Both the position numbers and the translations under genes were made by a program. Positions 17,095-22,137 of a stretch of DNA of 22,137 bases are shown here, piece after piece. Positions within the stretch are counted from its first letter, which is position 1. Each line of letters begins with the position of its first letter. The notes under the pieces were generated by a model that did no database searches, was not told the origin of the DNA, and saw only the letters and a list, made by a program, of their open reading frames with translations. Origin of the DNA: Candidatus Sigynarchaeum calidifontis (GTDB taxonomy: Archaea > Asgardarchaeota > Lokiarchaeia > Sigyniarchaeales > Sigyniarchaeaceae); NCBI GenBank assembly GCA_030587475.2, contig JAUQYZ020000090.1, forward strand, positions 1 to 22,137, read 5' to 3'.

Positions 17095-17958
17095 TCACTT
17101 GCTACCTGCGTCATTAGACGGGGCAGTCGGTTTGACGAAGCCCGCGTACACGAAATAAAACCCGATGACCAGCAGCATGATGGCGACCAGATCGACGACG
17201 TTATCATCTTCAAAAACCACCATGTTCATCACAAATGCCAACATCGACGAAAACAAGAATATATATGACGCGCCAAGGGCATTCAAGCCATTCTTGAAGG
17301 TTGCATCTTTCGTGCGCTTGGCAAGCACGAGAGCCTTGATCGCGGTGACGAGCATCAATAAAATACATGCCACGCCGAAAACCATGATGAAATATTCTCC
17401 AGCGATCATTAAAAAGGTGATAAAGGCAGTTTCAGTAAACTCAAGCGATCTACTAATTTTTTGCACAAGGAATAACAAGTACATGGCAATCAATAGCACG
17501 TCCATGGTTCGCTTGAAGCCGTGAACGGCACGCTCGTTCGACGGCACGACCAGGAAAGTGATGCCAAACACGAGGAACATGTATGCCGCCAGGATGAGGA
17601 AAACAACTGCAACATCGTAGGGGAACCGGCCGACGGCTGGATCCGGGTTTGTCCAGAGACTCGCCACCAGGTACCCGCAGCACGCGATCATGAACGAGGC
17701 GATGGCGAGCAAGATGTTCAAGCGGGTCGCGTTAGGGTTCTTGCGATATTTCAAGCCGAGCTTTAAAAAAATTGCGAGCAAGATACAAAAACCCGCGATT
17801 AAGGATATTATCCGAATTAAGTTCACGTTTTCCCCCCGGAAATGTATCCCGGCAAATCCATCGAATCGAACGTACAGTAACAAGAGAAAAATGAATGCTT
17901 GGCCGAAGACAATTAGGAAAAAGGGGGAAAACTGCTTGAACGCATCTTTCATGATCAA
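17095..17958 (-). CDS. Polytopic membrane protein, about 8 TM, function unknown
   Basis: Eight hydrophobic segments with short basic loops. AAGGAGGG SD upstream. Start TTG 17958 or ATG 17952. Confidence 0.8.
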   Translation of the reverse strand: MIMKDAFKQFSPFFLIVFGQAFIFLLLLYVRFDGFAGIHFRGENVNLIRIISLIAGFCILLAIFLKLGLKYRKNPNATRLNILLAIASFMIACCGYLVASLWTNPDPAVGRFPYDVAVVFLILAAYMFLVFGITFLVVPSNERAVHGFKRTMDVLLIAMYLLFLVQKISRSLEFTETAFITFLMIAGEYFIMVFGVACILLMLVTAIKALVLAKRTKDATFKNGLNALGASYIFLFSSMLAFVMNMVVFEDDNVVDLVAIMLLVIGFYFVYAGFVKPTAPSNDAGSK

Positions 17959-18077
17959 TTATCCCTCCTTACAATTATAAAATGCTATTGATTTTGTGCA
18001 AAATGCTTTTTCAACAAACGAGAACCATTTCTTGCCGATTCACCCGTTGGGATAGAAACGTGCCAGCATTCCCTTGT

Positions 18078-18094
18078 AAAAAGCGAAAAAAAAA
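18078..18094 (-). terminator. Oligo-T terminator candidate
   Basis: The minus strand reads TTTTTTTTTCGCTTTTT just after the stop of the glycine-rich gene. Confidence 0.5.
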
Positions 18095-18100
18095 GGAGGA

Positions 18101-20260
18101 TCAAAGGTTCAAGATGGCTTGACAGACGCCGTTGTAACCGGATTGGCCGGGATTTTTCCCCGCACCACCAGCACCTGCGCTCCCTGCGATGCCGGATGAC
18201 GTCACGATGGAGTTGGTAGCCTCATAGGATGGACTTCCCGCGTTGAACGTGAGGAAACCTATCGAGCAGCCGCCATTGCCCCCGGCTCCGCCACCACCAC
18301 CGCCACCATCCCCGCCATTACCACCATTCCCGCCCCGGCCGACCAGTGCCTCGGGTAATACGATGCCTGGCGAGATGCCGCCGATGCCACCGCTGCCACC
18401 CCGTCCACCGCTGCCGCCACCACCGCCAGCGCCGCCATCCCCGCCCCTGCCTAGATAGAGGTCGCAGTCGTTGATCGAGGGAAGGGTTTTCGCCGTGCTG
18501 TTGAGAATGAATATGCAGATCGCGCCGCCCCCGCCCCCGCCGCCACCGCCGCCGCGGCCGAAACCACCGCCCGAACCACCCCCGCCGCCGGAGCCACCTA
18601 ACCAGCCGTAACCGATCTCGTTGAACTGGCACCCGCCAGCCCCGCCACCCCCGCCGCCGGCCCCATTCATACCATTGGCACCGTCGCCTCCCGCGCTAGC
18701 ATGCCATTCACCCGCCACGACGGTTCCTTGCGCGCTGCCCGCTCTCAAGCCCCCGCTACCATCGGAACCACCAGCACCGTTCAACCCCGTGAAGCCATCG
18801 ATGGGACCGGCGGGCATGTCGATCACGCCGCCCGATCGGTAAAAGAAGTTCCTGCCACCGGCACCACCGGGGCCGGCTCCTGTTCCCTGGCCAGCCTGCC
18901 CGGATGCTTGCTGCACGTTGTAAGCACTGTAGTTTGCCGTGCCGCCGGCACCGCCATCGATCCCGGCACCGCCCGAGCTACCACCGTTGCCACCCGGGTT
19001 CACCCCGCTCCCTGGATAAGGCTGGGCATCCGCGCCGTTTCCGCCGGCGATCCCGTCCTGGCCATCCGCTCCAGCAGCACCCGCAACCCCGGGACCACCG
19101 CTGCCTCCAATGATCGTGCAATTCGAGATGACCAGGCTTGCGTTGCAATCGTTCAAGTAGATCCCGTAGGAGCTAGCGCCCGCCGTGGAGACCTGAGGGG
19201 CGTGGATGACCAGCCCCTCGACGCGGGTCGGGTGAACGATGTTGATCCCCAGGAGTCCCCATCGCTGCCCGGTGGCCAGCACATCCGCTCGCAGCTCCAT
19301 GACATTCCACAACGCGAAGTCCTGGCTGTACCCGCCGAGCACGCTGATGCCATCGGCGAGATCGATGGATTCGTTATAGACACCTTGCGCCACGATCACG
19401 CGCGTCATGCCGGTCGCCACCGCCCTCGCGATGCCGTAGTTGATCGTCCGAACCGGTTCCGACTGGCTCCCGCGACCGATCGCGTCGATGCCAGAAACGC
19501 TGGACACGAACACCTCGGTGCCGTTGTAGCCCGGCTCGCAGTATCCGCCTCCAAAACTCCACCTGACCACGACACGTGACGAGTTGACGGCGGTGCCGTT
19601 CGCGGTGCCATCGAACGGTTTCATCTCGACCCAGAACTCGTCGTAGTAGTTTGCGCCTTGCAGCTTGTACGACGATGCACTCGCTCCTGGTATCTGGTTA
19701 TAGTTCTTGAACCACCTGTAGTAATATGCAACTGGTGCATCGCCATCCACGTCGCTGTAATAATTCGGGTAGGCTTGCAGCGTGCTCGTTCGATCCGGGT
19801 TCGTCGGTGTAATCGAGGCATAGCCGAGGCTCGGCGGCGAGTTCAGGATCGTGGTCGACGCGTTTTTCCCGGCGCCTACTTGCTTGCCGTCGTATGGGAT
19901 TATGGTCGCCGTGATCGTGTCGCCTTTTGCGAAGTACGTCGGAGCGAGGGTGTTTCCTTGCTGTCCCGAAATCAGCACGCCGTTCTTGTACCAGCGATAG
20001 AAATACGACACCTCGTCTCCATCGGGGTCAGATGCGCCCGAAGGTACCGCTGTCAACGTCGTCGTCTTGTAAGCGCTCGAGGGCGTTATGGAACTGCCCG
20101 CGAGCGAGGGTGGCGTGTTCTGGCCTTGATCCTGGCTCGCATTCATCGTCGTGAAGACAAAAGCATACGTTCCATACACGAAGCCCGAGATGCCAACGAG
20201 GAGACCAACGACAAGCATTGCCGTGGCCCTCTTTATCCTTGCGTTTATCGCTTCCGCCAT
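18101..20260 (-). CDS. Cell-surface protein: TM/signal + 2 Ig-like repeats + DUF1565/beta-helix-like + PGRS-like glycine-rich region
   Basis: N-terminal hydrophobic helix; two ~92-aa repeats; VFVSSVSGID...GSQSEPVRTINYGIA...VIVAQGVYNESI...GISVLGGY; about 330 aa of GxGG repeats. GAGGTGAT SD and TATATATA box upstream. Confidence 0.85.
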   Translation of the reverse strand: MAEAINARIKRATAMLVVGLLVGISGFVYGTYAFVFTTMNASQDQGQNTPPSLAGSSITPSSAYKTTTLTAVPSGASDPDGDEVSYFYRWYKNGVLISGQQGNTLAPTYFAKGDTITATIIPYDGKQVGAGKNASTTILNSPPSLGYASITPTNPDRTSTLQAYPNYYSDVDGDAPVAYYYRWFKNYNQIPGASASSYKLQGANYYDEFWVEMKPFDGTANGTAVNSSRVVVRWSFGGGYCEPGYNGTEVFVSSVSGIDAIGRGSQSEPVRTINYGIARAVATGMTRVIVAQGVYNESIDLADGISVLGGYSQDFALWNVMELRADVLATGQRWGLLGINIVHPTRVEGLVIHAPQVSTAGASSYGIYLNDCNASLVISNCTIIGGSGGPGVAGAAGADGQDGIAGGNGADAQPYPGSGVNPGGNGGSSGGAGIDGGAGGTANYSAYNVQQASGQAGQGTGAGPGGAGGRNFFYRSGGVIDMPAGPIDGFTGLNGAGGSDGSGGLRAGSAQGTVVAGEWHASAGGDGANGMNGAGGGGGGAGGCQFNEIGYGWLGGSGGGGGSGGGFGRGGGGGGGGGGAICIFILNSTAKTLPSINDCDLYLGRGGDGGAGGGGGSGGRGGSGGIGGISPGIVLPEALVGRGGNGGNGGDGGGGGGGAGGNGGCSIGFLTFNAGSPSYEATNSIVTSSGIAGSAGAGGAGKNPGQSGYNGVCQAILNL
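19565..20119 (-). repeat. Two tandem Ig-like protein repeats
   Basis: NTPPSL..SITP...TL.A.P...SDPDGD...Y.YRWYKN...PYDG versus NSPPSL..SITP...TL.A.P...SDVDGD...YYYRWFKN...PFDG. Confidence 0.8.
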
Positions 20261-20390
20261 GATTGAATCACCTCTAGAGTGATGGCTACAACGAAACGAT
20301 ATATATAGACCGCGAAAAAAGGAACCGCCGCCAGCGACTGGCCCGCGAAATGCAAACCGGCGCTTCGTATAGACTCGTGTATCGCGAATG

Positions 20391-20414
20391 ATCGTGAAAG
20401 AACCATTTCACGAT
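20391..20414. repeat. Perfect 9-bp inverted repeat
   Basis: ATCGTGAAA-gaacca-TTTCACGAT, 30 nt downstream of the MtaA/UroD-family stop. Confidence 0.45.
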
Positions 20415-20444
20415 GACGAGATCGTCGGAAAAAACATGTTGGCT

Positions 20445-21494
20445 TTAATATTTCCCGAGCTTCTCGACAAGAGCCTTTGCCGCGGCTATGTTACGCACTG
20501 CCATGTCCCGTGGTGCCCATGGCCATTCACAGCCAGCAGCATACCAGAAACGACCACCCGGCTTGCCATCTTCGATGTTTTTGGCTATTGCATTGGCAAC
20601 ATCCTCGACACGCCCCGTCGCGTCGCCGAGCAGCGTCGTGTTCGTGTTCCCGCGCAAGCATGCCTTTTTGCCGGCCTTCAGCTTCGCCGAGGCGAGGTCG
20701 ACTTGCGTGTCGATGTCGATGATCGACGCGCCCGTGCCGGCGATGAGCTCGAGCATGTCGTTCCCGTCCGCGTCGACCACGGAGTTGTCCCCGCAGCAAT
20801 GGTAGATGGTTTTCACGCCGAGCTTGTGTATTTTCTCGAAGATGTAACGGGTTTCCTCGAACGTGGCTTGCTTGTAACGCCGCGGGCCGATTTGCGAGAT
20901 GGCGCTATCGCCAGCCCCGATGATGTCCGCCCCGGCCTCGACCTGCAGCTTGGCGAACTCGAGCTGGACGGGCACGATACGCTTGAGCAATCGCTTGTAG
21001 ACGGCGATCCAGTCCTTCCGGCCACAGATCTTGACCACGTCGATCATGGAAAACATGCTGCACAGCTCGGCGAAGGGGGCCTCGATCCAGCCCACGATGC
21101 ATTGATCCGGGCATCTCTTCCGGAAGAGCTTGATGGCTTCGAGCCGCTGCACGATGCGCGGGGCGGATTGCAGCTCGGGAGTTTCCACGGCGTCAAAGTC
21201 CCTCCAATCCAAGCTCCCGCCGTCGGCGGCCACGGGCGTGTGGCCATCCATGTAGACTTTCACGCCCCAGGCGCTCGCCTCGCGGAACGCATCGCTCATG
21301 GCATGCACGTGGTGGATCCCGAAGAACTTGGCACACTTGACCTGCCCATCGACCATGGCTTCCGGTTTCTCGCAATATACCCTGGAATAATCGACATCGA
21401 TGACCGCCGCCGCGAGGTGCATGACGATCGGGTTGAACGGGATCTCCGGTGGCGTGCCCTCGATGGCAGCGAAGGAAAGGTCTCGCGGATTCAT
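20445..21494 (-). CDS. Uroporphyrinogen decarboxylase superfamily protein, MtaA/CmuA methyltransferase-like
   Basis: SDAFREASAWG, IVGWIEAPFAE, QVEAGADIIGAGD, YHCCGD, CLRGN, AAGCE (His-x-Cys...Cys Zn ligands). Confidence 0.88.
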   Translation of the reverse strand: MNPRDLSFAAIEGTPPEIPFNPIVMHLAAAVIDVDYSRVYCEKPEAMVDGQVKCAKFFGIHHVHAMSDAFREASAWGVKVYMDGHTPVAADGGSLDWRDFDAVETPELQSAPRIVQRLEAIKLFRKRCPDQCIVGWIEAPFAELCSMFSMIDVVKICGRKDWIAVYKRLLKRIVPVQLEFAKLQVEAGADIIGAGDSAISQIGPRRYKQATFEETRYIFEKIHKLGVKTIYHCCGDNSVVDADGNDMLELIAGTGASIIDIDTQVDLASAKLKAGKKACLRGNTNTTLLGDATGRVEDVANAIAKNIEDGKPGGRFWYAAGCEWPWAPRDMAVRNIAAAKALVEKLGKY

Positions 21495-21571
21495 GGTTCA
21501 ACCTTCCATCCGTGGGGATTTATGCGTTTACCAAGCGAACCTTGAAATGCCCTAACGGCATTGCAATACCT

Positions 21572-22137
21572 ATGAAGGTAGATGACGCGCTGGTCGATTT
21601 CGCGGCCAACTACATCAAAGACGTGATCGTCAAGTTCGGCCCGCGGTACGGCTGCTCCAAGGCCGAGCGGGACGCGAACATGTGGACGAAGGACGAGATC
21701 CTCTCGAAATTTTGCGACGAAACACACTTGGAGGAATTCCAGACGGAGGTCGAGCTTTACCCGCAAGGCCTCGTCAAGGTTTGCGGTTTGCTCGTGTCGT
21801 TGTCCTTGATCTTCATGCCGATGGGGTTCGGGCTGGTCATCATCGCTCCCGTCTTGGTCATTCTCGGCCTGGTCGTGTTTTACTCGGAATTATTCCTCAT
21901 GAAGCGGTGGATCGCGTTCCTTTTCAAGAAGGGCACGTCGTCGAACGCGTGGGGCGTGGTGAAGCCATCCGGCGAGGTGAAATTCCGCGTCGTGCTCGAG
22001 GGCCACGTGGACTCCGCAAAGCAGATGCGCATGGCGGAGAAAGAAAAAATGACGTTCACCCCTCTCGTCCTCGGGTTCTTGTTCATGTTCTTCACGATCG
22101 CCATGGGCATCGTGAAATTCTTCGGCCAGGTCCTGCC
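21572..22137 (+). CDS. M28/M20-type peptidase with TM insertions, 3'-partial
   Basis: Not in the ORF track because it runs off the window. MKVDDALVDFAANYIKDVIVKFGPRYGCSKAERDA..., a TM pair, ...SSNAWGVVKPSGEVKFRVVLEGHVDSA (H-x-D Zn motif), then another TM. Confidence 0.8.
   Translation, partial: MKVDDALVDFAANYIKDVIVKFGPRYGCSKAERDANMWTKDEILSKFCDETHLEEFQTEVELYPQGLVKVCGLLVSLSLIFMPMGFGLVIIAPVLVILGLVVFYSELFLMKRWIAFLFKKGTSSNAWGVVKPSGEVKFRVVLEGHVDSAKQMRMAEKEKMTFTPLVLGFLFMFFTIAMGIVKFFGQVL

Noticed and set aside
18243-18842. Polyproline ORFs resembling formin/WASP proline-rich tracts
   Set aside because: They are the reverse complement of the GGN glycine codons of the 18101..20260 gene.
20268-20284. 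Hairpin that could occlude the GAGGTGAT SD of the glycine-rich gene
   Set aside because: The TATA box at 20300-20307 implies a start site inside the hairpin, so the upstream arm is probably not fully transcribed.
10940-20400. 12-mer TGATCGTGAAAG present at 10940 and 20389
   Set aside because: Several 12-bp matches are expected by chance in 22 kb, and the flanks do not align.
20388-21545. 385-aa ORF antisense to the MtaA/UroD-family gene
   Set aside because: Antisense shadow of a confident gene.
1-22137. CRISPR array, tRNA/rRNA, transposase or integrase
   Set aside because: No spaced direct repeats, structural RNA signatures or recombinase motifs were recognised by eye.

Overview
GC-rich chromosomal window that looks archaeal: an archaeal-type apgM, GGTGA/GAGGTG Shine-Dalgarno motifs, TATA-like boxes and oligo-T tracts after genes. 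The gene mix suggests an Asgard (Loki/Sigyn-like) heterotroph, which is inference only. The left end is a toxin-antitoxin cluster: a partial ParE/RelE-like gene, an intact RelBE-like pair and a decayed MNT-HEPN pair. Then come a CX5R dual-specificity phosphatase, a VIT1/CCC1 transporter, apgM, a membrane protein abutting a membrane-anchored GH10, a LIM + DA1-type zinc peptidase, a VOC protein, a GT4, a YtcJ-like amidohydrolase, a zinc-ribbon/PH-like protein, an enolase-superfamily + PHP pair, a crotonase, a GH29 fucosidase, a hypothetical, a 38-aa ORF absent from the ORF track, an ~8-TM protein, an Ig-repeat/glycine-rich surface protein, an MtaA/UroD-family protein and a partial M28 peptidase. 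No rRNA, tRNA, CRISPR array or transposase was recognised. Best leads: the LIM-DA1 peptidase, the 38-aa peptide behind the multi-TM gene, the glycine-rich surface protein, and three in-frame zero-gap stop/start junctions. All family calls come from motif recognition by eye; no searches were run.
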